Shown piece by piece: positions 12,486-24,422 of a stretch of 49,817 bases of DNA (positions are counted from its first letter, which is position 1; each line of letters opens with the position of its first letter). Origin of the DNA: Catajapyx aquilonaris (Eukaryota); assembly GCA_000934665.2 (NCBI GenBank), contig JYFJ02002856.1, positions 1-49,817 on the forward strand, given 5' to 3'. The position numbers and the translations under genes were made by a program. The notes beneath the pieces are model-generated. The model made no database searches. It saw only the letters and a list, made by a program, of their open reading frames with translations, and was not told the origin of the DNA.

Positions 12486-14681
12486 ACACCCCTATATTAT
12501 AGGATAATGCTCTTTAATTTGAAGTCAACGGTGAAATGGTTTGTTTTCAAAGCGGACGGATTGAATTAACCAAGGAATTAACCTGAAGTCGCGTATTTAG
12601 GAATATATCCATGTCATATCTAATATAGATGTGATGATTTGCTCAGATCACAAAATAATGCATAAAGATCCATACAGAAATGTGTGCAATGATTCACGTA
12701 TAAAAGGTTTTACTGAAATCCGTGTTCGAAATCCATCATTCATATTCGATAACGTGTATCTGTAACAAGAAGACAAAGAGAAGAAAATCCTTCAAAAATC
12801 ATTTTTCCTCAATTCAACACCTTCTGTTACAGGCATGTCCTGACATACCATATCGGCATCATACTTCTGCTGAGAGGAATCTCCCACAAACGAAACATTT
12901 GAAGACGATCGGAGAAGTGGGTATGGTCTTTAGTGTCGGGTCTTTTCGGATGCGGTCTTGATCCAGGCCAGAGGGCGGGAATCCGGAAATGGTGTCGATC
13001 CCAAAGAAAAATTCCCAGCCATTTTCCATCCACACAGGACCGATCTCCGAGGTTTTAATGTCCCATCCGTTCGAATAACATGAGCTCTGGGTCTACATAT
13101 AACTTGAGATAAAGTACGTGGGGAGCCTTTTGCAAAAGGAATTTATGCTGCAAATCGTGTTGGGACGGAGAAAGGAGGAGGAGGAGGAGGAGGGTGGTGC
13201 GAGGAAGAGCGAGAGAGGAAGAGAACCTTTGTCTTGTTCTGAAAAGGACCTGTTCATTCCTAGACCCATCCCTGGGTTTCCAAAATGGCAACTGTAGCTG
13301 CAGTGGTTTCCTTCAATTGGGCGGGAAATTTCGGGTACACGCGTTGCCAGGCGCAGCAAGTGGAGCGGAATATGATGGGATGGGGAAGGCTCTGCTCTTT
13401 CAGATGTCGCCGACGTACCACAGAGTTAGACTCTTTTGAAATCTGTGGATCTCATTTCTCTCAATGTAGTTTACATTACAGCGGTTCAGTGCATTTCCGA
13501 CTAGTGAAATGGTTCCTAATTTCGTTTCCTTACAGACTCTTATTTTCAACACTTCTAAATATTCCAAGAGAAGTATTTGCATTTCACTACTGCAGTAGCA
13601 AGTTCTTATTCATATCTCCTGTTTACATGCAGTAGGCTATATTAATAATAACTTACTGCTGGTGAAGTTTACTTTGCGTTCTCCGAATCAAAAGAAAGTA
13701 ATGCTCAATTACATTGCAATTCTCGTAAAAGTACCAAGGCAACCGATGACGGGGGTTTATGATTCTTCAAAATGCTCTGCATTATTATAAGCAATGTAGC
13801 ATTTAATTTTTGAGAAAAAATTCTTAAGCACATTCTGGGGCTATGCCATCCTCTTCAGAAAACAACTCGTACATACAATGACTTCATTATACATGTGATC
13901 GTGTTGGACAGGATCATCGGGGGATGGAACCTGCCACGTTATTATTAAGATTTTATCAAAATGGGCTGGGCCACTAAAGATCTTCCAAATGTGCATAGAG
14001 GTTGGTCCCTAAAAATACCAACCATGTACTTATATAGGGAAACTCCTGGGGTAATTATATCATTATATCCTAACCCTTCACATCTTGATTCTTCTCTATG
14101 TGGGATTTTTTCTGCGGAGTGCCGAGGCTGTGTATAAACTTATTGATCGTACAGTAGGCCTACCTAGGTTTTCGGGCAGGCGAGCCAGTTTTAGGATACT
14201 TTAAAATTCAGTTGTAAATTTTATGCTGCACCAATATTAAAATTAAAGAGCGATACGTTTATGGAATTCTATTCATTTACAGAAAAGAATGCAACAGATT
14301 TATCACAAGTAGGTTACATTATTTAAAAGTAGCTATTCTATGAATTAACAAGTTTGTGATAAATATTTCCAGTGAAATTCAAGAGTTATCTATACTGGAC
14401 GAATCGGGAGGTATTCTCCGTTCCTGCTGACTTTTTCAACGTTCACTGTAAGCTGATACGCCAAGCCTTTAAAACCGTTGCTCAATGCCACTGACACGAT
14501 GTTATTTCGCTCTTCTCCTGCCCCCCCCCCCTCCAACCTCCGAAGCACGTTCGCTCTAATTTCGAATTTATGTTACAAATGCAAGCAGAAGATGAGTTAC
14601 CCTGCGTAAGCCATTTATAGATTCCTTAATTCTATTTCCTATAGTAAAATGCTTCCATGTTAGGAGAGTTTAATATATTCA

Positions 14682-15250
14682 AGAAAGGACAAGGCACAAA
14701 ATGTATGGGCGAGTGGTCTTCCGTTCGATTTGCCTGAAAATGGGATATGTTGTAGCCCAGACTGACCTATGATGAGGTTACGATGATAGGCTATGATGAG
14801 AATCCTGATCAATGTTGGATAGAGACATTTCGAGGTAGGACCTACAGGGAGCATGCTAATCGCTATTCATCGAAGAGGCTACTCAATACCATAGAAGACT
14901 GCTGTGAGAGAAACCTCGCTTCCTTACATTGACCCAATGAATGTTGAAGTGCAGCTGGAGGAAACTCCAGATGACAACCTTCAAGGAGTAGAATTTGAAC
15001 CAGAGGAATAGGTAATAAAGATTAATAGATAATTTAATGCAATAACCATTTGAGTTCCTGGAGACAAGATTATTGTAGTCTACTACTCCCCCTATTACCT
15101 TCGGAGGTCATTAGCACGCTCCCTGTAGGTCCTACCTCGAAATGTCCCCATCTAACATTGATCAGGACAGTCTGGGCTACAACATATCCGATTTTCGGGT
15201 AAATCGAACGGAAGTCCACTTGCCCATACATTTTGTGCCTTGTCCTTTCT
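14682..15250. mobile_element. Long-TIR fold-back MITE, Kolobok-like termini
   Basis: AGAAAGGACAAGGCACAAAATGTATGGGC... inverted at the right end; ~150-190 bp arms; left arm carries a ~38-bp insertion at ~14765-14802 absent from the right arm. Confidence 0.8.
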
Positions 15251-16613
15251 GCAGATTCATGAAAGGCCTACTGAAGGCATATCATCAGTTTACTAAGGAC
15301 AGATTACGCCGGTGATAGATGGAAAACGCAGAACAACTGGTTGATTCTACGTATAATATGTTATTCGCACACGATTAATTATCTGGACTGGGATTATCAT
15401 CATTCGCTCGCGCGGCTTTAAGAAGAGTATTGTCCCAGCTGCAGTACAGCTGTACTCTACTCTATACCAAGCAGATTGAAACATGAGTCTGTACTTTCTG
15501 CGAGATAATATATTGCATGTGCTAAAATAAGCACTATTTGTAAAACATTTTTTCGACACTTGCATAGTTAATATAACACTCCTGCCTCGTTTCCGTCAAA
15601 TTCAGTGCACTTCTTTGGCAGCGAAAGTTCGCAAACGTGACGGTAGATATCCGAATATGTCTGCTGCTTAATCTAGCCGGTATCCATGCCACATGCGATC
15701 TAGGGGAAAATCGGTATTTAAAAACCCTCCCGGCAGCCCTGCCGGTCGCAATAAACACCATCACAGCTGTATATTCGAGGCATATTAGGCCACGTCAATG
15801 CGTGCCCACCCAAAACACCGGCTTTTTGATGGGTTTTTATTATTGCGTTTGATTTGGGCCGTTTCGTGGGGATGGCAATATATTATTGGATATCCGACCC
15901 GTTGGTTGCATTGATAATCCTTAAGTTAATGCGTCGTGAACTTAAGGATTATGAATGCACAAAGCTGTGTCAGGATGAACCAAATGGCATTTTTGGAAAA
16001 GGATGTGTTAGTCAGCAGGGATGTATAGTTTTAAATAGTTTAACAAAAATTTAAATATCGGATTTACACAAGATATTGCTATTCTTGTGAATAATTTGAA
16101 TGTGCTGTTTGTGTTTGTCTCCTGACCGTGGTTGTTGAATATAATGTGAGCAAAATTAACACGAAAGGCTGCTTCTGGTCGAAGGGACTTTACTGAAACA
16201 CTCCACCCACGACGTCTCATCACGACCCCCACTCAAGTACACGTCCTGTCACCCACTACAGCTATAACTAATGAGCTCCTGGCATGCAAAACCCAATTTC
16301 CAGCTAGATCAGAAGGCAGAGCTGCAACCCTAATCATTCAACTGACGATAAGTCCGCTGTATAGGACAGCTATGGGTTCTCTGGTCAGAGAGGAAGAGAA
16401 AAAAGGGGCGTATTCATTTGTCTTTGCAACTCAATGTCTCTGTCTAAAGAGGCTGGAGAGACGAAAATAATGATACCGACCCTACTCTTATAAAAAGTGA
16501 TCTTATGGTATGGGGATCTGTGAGATCATCTTAAACCTTGGCAGGTATTATTACGAAACACCGTTCATATGGGTGAAAAGTGCACTATGGGATGGTGTAT
16601 GCATCAATATCCC

Positions 16614-16950
16614 GGGGAGGTGGAGTGGCGCTACGGTAGCGTATACGCCCGCGGATGTTATGGGCCCGGGTTCAATCCCAGCCCGGGGTCTTCCCCCTCA
16701 TCTCGTGCAGAGTTGGGTCGTCTCTGGCTTCGTCTCGGGTGGAATCTCCGCTAAACGAATCCACCCAGGGAGTAGTTCACAAAATGACCAAGCAACGACA
16801 TTGCACTTGCACCTTACACATCCCCTCCCAGTCACCATGCCCGTGGACCCGGGCGATTCGCAAGAAAGGTTCCGATAGTACTACTGTACAAAATAATGAC
16901 TAACAATAAAGGTCCGTGCGATATACTCGACAGGGTGAAAGTACTACCCA
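16614..16950 (+). mobile_element. tRNA-derived SINE, family C copy 1
   Basis: A-box TGGCGCTACGG, B-box GGTTCAATCC; colinear with 34360-34709 over its whole length. Confidence 0.85.
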
Positions 16951-16958
16951 CTACAGTA

Positions 16959-17371
16959 CAGTACCCTGCATTAATGGCCATGCACAGACATCGTCACGTG
17001 GCCAGATTGAGCGGAACTAGGCGTCTGGTGGGCTGTGTCCAAAAATACTTTGATGATCAAGACTTCTCACGAGTCCGCTCTAGACGGCTCAAGGTATCGC
17101 GGTGGATTAACAGGCATTCGCTTGGTCCGTGAAATAACTGGTTCACAACCTCAATACATTGATAGGAATCGCAATGGCCTTATAATTCATCCTACAGATA
17201 TATCTGTGATCCGCTGTGATCCATCTTTGTAGCAAGAGTTTGAATCTACCGCCATATCTTGAGCTGTCCTAGTATTTTGGACGCGCCTCACCGACGCCCA
17301 ACCGACGCCTATTTCCTCTCGTTCTTGGACAGGTGGCGATGTCTGTGCATGGCCATTAATGCAGGGTACTG
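16959..17371. mobile_element. Tc1/mariner-type MITE
   Basis: 35-bp perfect TIR CAGTACCCTGCATTAATGGCCATGCACAGACATCG, imperfect pairing for a further ~65 bp; TA on the left. Confidence 0.85.
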
Positions 17372-19634
17372 GTACCCTATCCCCACGATTTGCCGTGTGT
17401 CATGTGAAATGGCACACAGTTTTGTGTCTTTTGACAAAAAACGCGTTGACAAGATTGCCTGGCAGCTTAATTTGTGTGTCATATGACATCTAGTTCTGGT
17501 TTAAAAGTGTGCCACAGTTTCTGTAGAATCGGGCCTCCAATTAGGGGCGCAACGAGCTACAAAAAAATAACGGCTTTGAGCAAAATTTCCTATACTAAAA
17601 GAACTAATATACTTGGAACACCTTTGTGGCACATTTCATGCCCATGAACATGGCTCAATTACTCGCCAATCATTGTTGCCTGCTGTCAAAAATTAACAGA
17701 CTTTTTTGTCAAATGTGAATTTTTGTCACGTTCGAATTCTTATAACTACGAGTAAAAGGTAGCTTACTGATAATAATAAAACTTCTAATACTACGTATGT
17801 GCATGCTATTGTTTTTAAGATGAACAACACTAATCAAATTCTTCCGTCCCTTAGCAACCCTGATGTAACGCGTAGATAACATGCCTCAAGTCCTAACGTT
17901 GTGACGATAATGAAGTAGAATGAGAGCCCTGAAAGGTAGCATTTATACAGACTGGATGGGTATGTGACTTGTCTATTTTGAGAGCAATATGCGCTGAGGT
18001 GCTTTCAGGCATGGAGTATTGTACACTCATCTCTGAAAGGAAAATTCATGAGAAAATAGGTTTATAAATCTGCAGAAGAGAGGCGGGCACATATCTTTCG
18101 ATTGTTTTGCACAAACAAACAAATGGGCGGCACGACCAGCACTCTCCGAAGAAAGGTGTAAAACGTCCCAAGACCGCGCCCTTTCTAACTCAAGGCTGAC
18201 AAGTCGCAATAATTTCAGGGTTGTTAACTTCCCTTAACGGGACATTCGGAAGCCATAATGTGTTTGCTCTCGTCAATGGTTTAATGATTATCACCGAAAG
18301 CGTCCTGCTCAACTTCACCACAGCTTCCAACATCCTCCCTTGTCCCTAAATCCTTTCTTCTCAATTACGCATTACGCGTTTCCTTCCTTTATTAACATCT
18401 CTTTGAGCCTTTTCCGCTGTAGTTTTGCTTCAATGCCTTGGCTCCTATCCCTAGGATGTTATTTCTGTTTATTGAAAAGTAGACAAGCTTATGGTGCACA
18501 TCTGCTTCAAAGATTTAGGGGCCATAACGCGTTCTGCTTCCCTCTCTTGCCATGAGCCAATGACCCTACACATGGCTTTTTTGCGAAGCTTTTCTCTTTA
18601 TGGCCGTATTACTGGGGAAGCCAGATAGAGACCCTTATAGTTATATGAAGAGAGGATAGGGGAGAGAGGAGATGGGGGCACAATGGGTCGAAACCTCAGT
18701 CGCCCTGGGTATATGCAGAAAGCGGGCATCGTCCTAGAAGCTTTACGCGGTCCTCATGAGACGGTTATGGGCATTACTGATGTTACTAAGCCCATTAAAG
18801 ATCTTATAGGCATAGGCAGTAGGATGCATGCCATCAATTCTCTCTTTCCATATCTTTTCTCAGCTACAACAGCAGTGCGCCTATATGCATTTCCCGAATG
18901 TAAATGAAACTATCCATTCAGATCACTTAGTAGATTGAGGCATTGTAATATGTTGGTTCATGAATTACTTTGAAATATCGTGCAATTTGAATCATATGTA
19001 CTACAGTAGCTACTACATAATAATACAATATTACTCGAGAGATACACACAAATTACTGGCGACAGCTATTTTGGTTGTCACAAATATATTTCTGATGGGA
19101 AGAGCAATTATTCTGTTCACGTTTTGTATGACTTAATTTGCACCACGATGTTTAAAAGGGAGTAATAATAATATCAGGATAAGTTGACAATAAGGAAACT
19201 TGCACTTGACAGTGTGGTTGTGCACCATGTAAAGGAAAAACCAGTGTCCTTCAGAGGGTCGTCTATATATTCTTGCAAATATCATGTTACATCTACGGAG
19301 GATAAGATGCAGCAGGTACGTAACGGCGCAGGTGTACATGTACATTGTGACAACAGGAGGGAACAAATTCATAACGTTCACTTATAATGACTGGAAAATA
19401 AGGTGCACAGGGTCACGTCATTCTACAGCTAGTGTATTTATCAAACCGCTGCGCTGCGTGAAGTGTATGTACAGTCCCGCTCATAAAGAATGGTACGACT
19501 CTATGGACGACGTGTTTATTCTGACTATCCAGCATTATTCCCCCGAGCTCTTCAACTGTTTTACAACCTTTTGTTTTAATATTGCAGAATGTTTTTTACC
19601 CTGTATTTTTATCCTGTAAAAGACTCGCTTTATA

Positions 19635-19843
19635 CAGGGTGTCTCAACTTTTTTGTCCGAACAGTTATCGGAAAAGCCTATGTATCTTCTAGCTCTGTAG
19701 CCAGAATATTCCCCAACATTCCTGGCACATCCCTCAACTGATAAAGCCAGGGAAGCATCACTGGTTGAAAGTCACTGCTAAAAATAAGCAGCTTAGTGCA
19801 ATATTTCCGATAATTGTTCGGACAAAAAAGTTTACACACCCTG
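19635..19843. mobile_element. Tc1/mariner CAGGGTG-type MITE
   Basis: TA-CAGGGTGTCTCAACTTTTTTGTCCGAACAGTTATCGGAAA...TTTCCGATAATTGTTCGGACAAAAAAGTTTACACACCCTG-TA. Confidence 0.9.
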
Positions 19844-19874
19844 TATATGATTTTGTGGATACAAAAATTTAGTG

Positions 19875-20206
19875 CAGTAGAACACCGGTTATCCGACTCC
19901 TCGGCTTATCCGACCGTCTCGCTCCCGCAAGAAATGAATGTTTCCTCATCAAATACTGTAATGTAGGCTACTACGAATTTGTTTTGTATTTCCCTAGTTA
20001 AATTATAAATACAGTATAGTAAAGTGTGAATGTAAAAGATAAATACTTCACTATTTCGTAGAAAACCTTAATATTGTACATTTTCATGTTTTTGTATGTG
20101 TTTTGTTGTTTTTCATGACAGTTTCCTTTGCTCTTCGGATTATCCGAGCTATTTGTGTTCCGACCATGCCCCTGTCCCGTGGGTTACGGATAATCGGGGT
20201 TCTATG
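19875..20206. mobile_element. pogo/Tigger-type MITE
   Basis: CAGTAGAACACCGGTTATCCG...CGGATAATCGGGGTTCTA(C)TG-TA with internal TTATCCGA repeats. Confidence 0.8.
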
Positions 20207-20427
20207 TACACTAAATACGTTAGGAACTTTTGTAATGTTTTGTATACAATATAACAGCAGTTCAGAACATAATAGGCTATGCAACATGCACTAGTTGATA
20301 TTTTGTTATGTAGTTTCAATAACTTCAAAGTTACAAGTTACAAGAATCTGTGAAGCGATAATGATTTTCATCAGACAATTTCTGGACAGGAAGACAGTGT
20401 AAGGCTTTTATGTATAGTTATTATACA

Positions 20428-20716
20428 CTCTCTAAAAAAAATAGAGTTAAAAAAACTCAAGTTGGGTTCTTTTTAACTCTTTTAACCTTGAAAGTGGTCA
20501 TTACCAAAAATGAGTTATAATAACTCTTTCGCTGGAGTTAAAACAACTCTTTCAGTTCATTTCATCCTCCGAAAGAGTTATTCATTAACTCTTTCGGAGG
20601 ATGAAATGAACTAAAAGAGTTGTTTGAACTCCAGCAAAGAGTTATTATAACTCATTTTTGGTAATGACCACTTTCAAGGTTTAAAAGAGTTAATTTAACT
20701 CTTATTTTTTAGAGAG
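20428..20716. mobile_element. AT-rich palindromic element, CACTA/EnSpm/Mirage-like, nested in the left tip of the mariner fold-back
   Basis: (CA)CTCTCTAAAAAA...TTTTTTAGAGAG(CA); ~110-bp near-perfect inner arms around a 5-nt loop at 20581-20585; repeated GAGTTA..TAACTC units; CA duplicated at 20426-27 and 20717-18. Confidence 0.8.
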
Positions 20717-21476
20717 CATGTTGGGAAAAATTAATAGGAGGATATGAATCACGTGATACGGTTGTGCTATTTGCGCATGCGCTGGATATTGGCATGTGCT
20801 GGAGTGGGGAAGGTATGTCAAATGCAAAAATAGCGTCGTGGTCAGCAGAACACCATTCATTAGTCGTGGAGGATAATTTTAAAAATAACGAGTCCCCTGT
20901 AGCTGTACAAAGGATATTTCTTCGCCTCTTTGGGCTGGGACGTCATGACAAAGTCCCCGACCACCGGAGATTCATAAGGTGGGTGAAGCAGTTCTGGGAC
21001 TCAGCTTCAAACCGGGACTAGAAAGCGCTGGACGTCAAAGGAAACAGAGGACCCCTCAACGGGTACAAGAGGTAGGCAATGCGCTACTCCGAAGTCCTCA
21101 GCGATCGGCCATTCGAAGCTTCGATGAGGGGTCCGATGTGTCCTTTACTGACGTCCAGTGCTTTCTGGTCCCGGTTTGAAGCTGTGTCCCAGAACTGCTT
21201 CACCCACCTTATGAACGTCCGGTGGTCGGGGACTTTGTCCTGACCTCGCAGCCCAAAGAGGCGAAGAAATATCCTCTGTACAGCATGCTACAGGGGACTC
21301 GTTATTTTTTAAAAATAATCCTCCACGACGAATACATGGTGTTCTGCTGACCCCGACGCTATTTTTGCAAATGGCACACCTTCCCCACTCCAGCACATGC
21401 CAATATCCCGCTCATGCGCAAATAGCACCACCGTACCACGTGGTTCAAATTCTGCTATTCATTTTGCCCAACCGTG
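20717..21476. mobile_element. Mariner-derived fold-back: inverted duplication of the left TIR, 5' UTR and transposase N-terminus
   Basis: Arms 20717-21058 and 21125-21476 are reverse complements; right terminus reads TA-CACGGTTGGGCAAAATGAATAG on the minus strand. Confidence 0.9.
20830..21118 (+). pseudogene. Tc1/mariner transposase N-terminal HTH remnant (DUF4817-like)
   Basis: (I)ASWSAEHHSLVVEDNFKNNESPVAVQRIFLRLFGLGRHDKVPDHRRFIRWVKQF, then after a frameshift SAGRQRKQRTPQRVQEVGNALLRSPQRSAIR; fits the WxxEHRAFVVExYFKNNESxxxxQRxFRxxF...VPxxxxIxxWVxxF...GRPRxxRTPExVxxV....RSPxRS pattern; likely ATG is ATA. Confidence 0.8.
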
Positions 21477-23106
21477 TACAAGTAGATTCGTGGTACTGTA
21501 TCCTTTACCGACATTCCTGCAGTATTTTTTGCCCATTGATCGAGTTTGTGAACCAACAACCTGGGGATTTCATTCTCGATTGTGAGCGAGGGAGCAGGGT
21601 ATATGCGTATGGCTGCGCGGCTGATGGGTTGGAAACGCTGGGAATTGAATGTAAGAAGAAAATCTGCCATAGGAAGTTGGAAAAATTGTCTGGAGGGAAG
21701 CATATCGGTTCACAGACTTTTGTAAAGTTGTAATATGGGAATCTGCGTTATTACAGTTTTACTGAACTTCTTATGACAAACAAATAAAACAATGTCCCTG
21801 AGATATTGCTATCATACAGGATTGTACTTGTTAGTCTGAAACGGCTAATATTTTTCACTTTCCAAATGCCCGTTTGAATTTAAACAAAACATAAATGACG
21901 ATTATTTTCTTTTTGACGTGTACGGCATTTATATTACAGATACACTGAACCTGAAAAAATTGCAGGACAAGCCTGCAAATTTCTGTTTGAGTTTTATTAA
22001 TACTTCCATTTCTCATAAACCTCAACAGTATCTCCTGTGTGCAGTAGAATGTGTCCTAAAACTTAACTATCCAATCACATTACCTTATTCCAACTGAGCA
22101 ATAAAACCCATATTGTAAAAAAAATCCCCCAAAAATACTAGTAGCAAAATCTGAAAATAGCTGAACAGGATCGCAAATTACCTGGCCCCAGAAACTATAC
22201 CATTACTTGAAGATGCAGCTGCAAATACCGAGGAAGTAGAGTGACGATATCGTACATGTATCAGGACGAAGCTTAAAAATATCGTAAAAGCTACCCGATG
22301 CTGGTGGCGTGAAAGTAAGGTTCATCAAGCCTCTGCCTTGCCTCATTTTCTGTTTGGGCAAGCAGCCCTCCTCTTTGTGGTTAATGCCAAAAGATGGGAT
22401 GTAGTTTTATGGTTGAAGCTCCTACGTTGAAGGAGGCCAAGTGACGCATCCCGCTTGCTTTCAATTTGGAGCATCCATCGCGTTTGTCGTTCCATTATGG
22501 GGCCATGTCATCGGATGGAAAAGGGGCGGAAGGGATTTCAGCAGCCTATTTTGTCCATGGGAACCTTTCTCACCGCACTACCCTCATAATGTCGCACCGC
22601 GCCAAATTTAAGCCGACGCTTAAAAAAATATTGGGCCATGTTTCCTTCCGCTCGTAGGCGCCGCGTGTTGTATGAACAAGCCGCCCACATAGTCACATTT
22701 TCCGCTTGCAAGAGGCCCTACTTCAGCAGACGTTCCCTGTTTGTGTTGATCGTCTGGAAGACTTAGATATAGCCATAAGCTACGCCTTCTTACGAGCTGG
22801 GTAAATGGGAGATAGGATTTGCCACGCTATACTTATGCTTGTAAGGTAAATCAAATGGGCTAGTCTAATGATGTGTGAAAGAGGGGCTCGCAAGAGGAGG
22901 AAAGCCTACACTACACTGCTCATGCGCGCAGTGTTAGACTTGTGGATACCATCAGTCGGCAAGTTGGCGTGGTGAGGACCCAGTCATCAAGATAGAGACC
23001 CCAATCGGCCTATAGGTCAGCTGCCACCTCTTACAGAGCAAAATAGATAAATTGAATGGCAATAAAGAGGCTCTCAAAGACACGGAATATTGTTTGACAC
23101 AAGGTA

Positions 23107-24168
23107 CACCCAAAAAAAAAATTGTTGACAGAACCAAAAATTTTTGGTAGAATGCTAAAGGGTCGATTCAACCAAAACTGCACTTGCACCGAAAAAAAGG
23201 AATAAGTTGAAGTAACCAAAAAAATTTGGTAGAGTGCTAAAGGGTCGATTCAACCAAAAGTGCACTTCACCGAAAAAAAGGAATAAGTTGAAGTAACCAA
23301 AGAAATTTGGTAGAGTGCTAAAGGGTCGATTCAACCAAAACTGCACTTGGCAGAACCAAAATCACGCGGTTGGCGTAACAAAAAAAAATTGGTTGCAATT
23401 GCATTGGGGGCAGCCTCTCATGTTCAGGCCAGGTGAACGGGTGATTACTTTCCACCAGATGTTTGTCAGTTATAGGCGATGATGATATCATAACCAAGCC
23501 CTTGGGGCAACCTGACAGAGACATAATGTCCATCGGGTGGTTGAGTGCTCACCTGTTCCAGGCAGGAGTGGATGGGCTTCTTTGGGACGTTACAGAGATT
23601 CTCTGACTACTAGTGTTTAAACGCAAGTGTGAAGGATGGGGTCTCTGTAATTGAGAGAAGCTAACTGACATGCTATGCTGGGGCTAACCCCCTCCAGTGT
23701 AGGTACAGAGTACAAGTAATTCGACTGTACATTGGTGAATGACTCTTGAGCGACGACTGTATCATAAGTACCCACTGTGGGGGATTAGCTTTAACAGTAG
23801 TTGTCTACGGCCGCGCTTTGCGATTGTATTACGGGCAGCCTCTCATGTTCAGGTGATTACTTTCCGCCAGATGTGTGTCAGTTATAGGCGATGATGATAA
23901 TTATCATAACCAATGTGTTCGTTACCTCAACCGAAAACTTGGTTAGGAGAAACACGTCAGAAGAACCAAAATTTTGGTTACCTCAACCAAAAACTAGGTT
24001 AGGAGAAACACGTCAGAACAACCAATATTTTGGTTAACTCAACCAAAATGCGACAACCTATTTTTTTTGGTTACTTCAACCGAAATCTTGATAGGTTGTA
24101 TATTAACCCTCCAAATTCGGTTCCATAAACCATATTTTGGTTCTGTCAACAAATTTTTTTTTTCGGTG
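23107..24168. mobile_element. CACTA/EnSpm-like non-autonomous element with tandem terminal units and internal cargo
   Basis: CACCCAAAAAAAAAATTGTTGACAGAACCAAAA...TTTTGGTTCTGTCAACAAATTTTTTTTTTCGGTG; many AACCAA/TTGGTT subterminal motifs; three 80-81 bp tandem units at 23107, 23187, 23268; ~57-bp tandem at ~23921-24047. Confidence 0.8.
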
Positions 24169-24271
24169 ATAGGCCTACCTGAAATTCCCGCACGCAAACA
24201 TGACAACTTCGTTTCTTGTTGAACCTCTTACATCACTATACAGTACAGTATTATGACTTTCCCTATACGTA

Positions 24272-24422
24272 CTATCGGTCTCAATTAGTTTCAGCCACTT
24301 TATCCTGGTCTTGAAGCAATCCTTTGCACAGGCCCCACGGTGAGGAGATGTGTATGTGTGTGTGTTAAGGGTTGCTTCAAGACCAGTATGAAGTGCCCGA
24401 AACTAATAATTGAGACCGATAG
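24272..24422. mobile_element. Tc1/mariner-type short MITE, family E copy 1
   Basis: TA-CTATCGGTCTCAATTA...TAATTGAGACCGATAG-TA; interior shared in inverted orientation with 29984-30125. Confidence 0.85.

Noticed and set aside
13243..13256. Third copy of the AAAGGACCTGTTCA terminus
   Set aside because: Only 14 bp match with no adjacent homology or partner end
23107..23348. CRISPR-like repeat array
   Set aside because: Units are contiguous tandem duplicates without unique spacers, context is eukaryotic and there are no cas genes
23393..23913. Retrozyme (hammerhead in LTR-like repeats)
   Set aside because: Minus strand has CTGACAA/CTGACAC...GAAA, which lacks the required CUGANGA core
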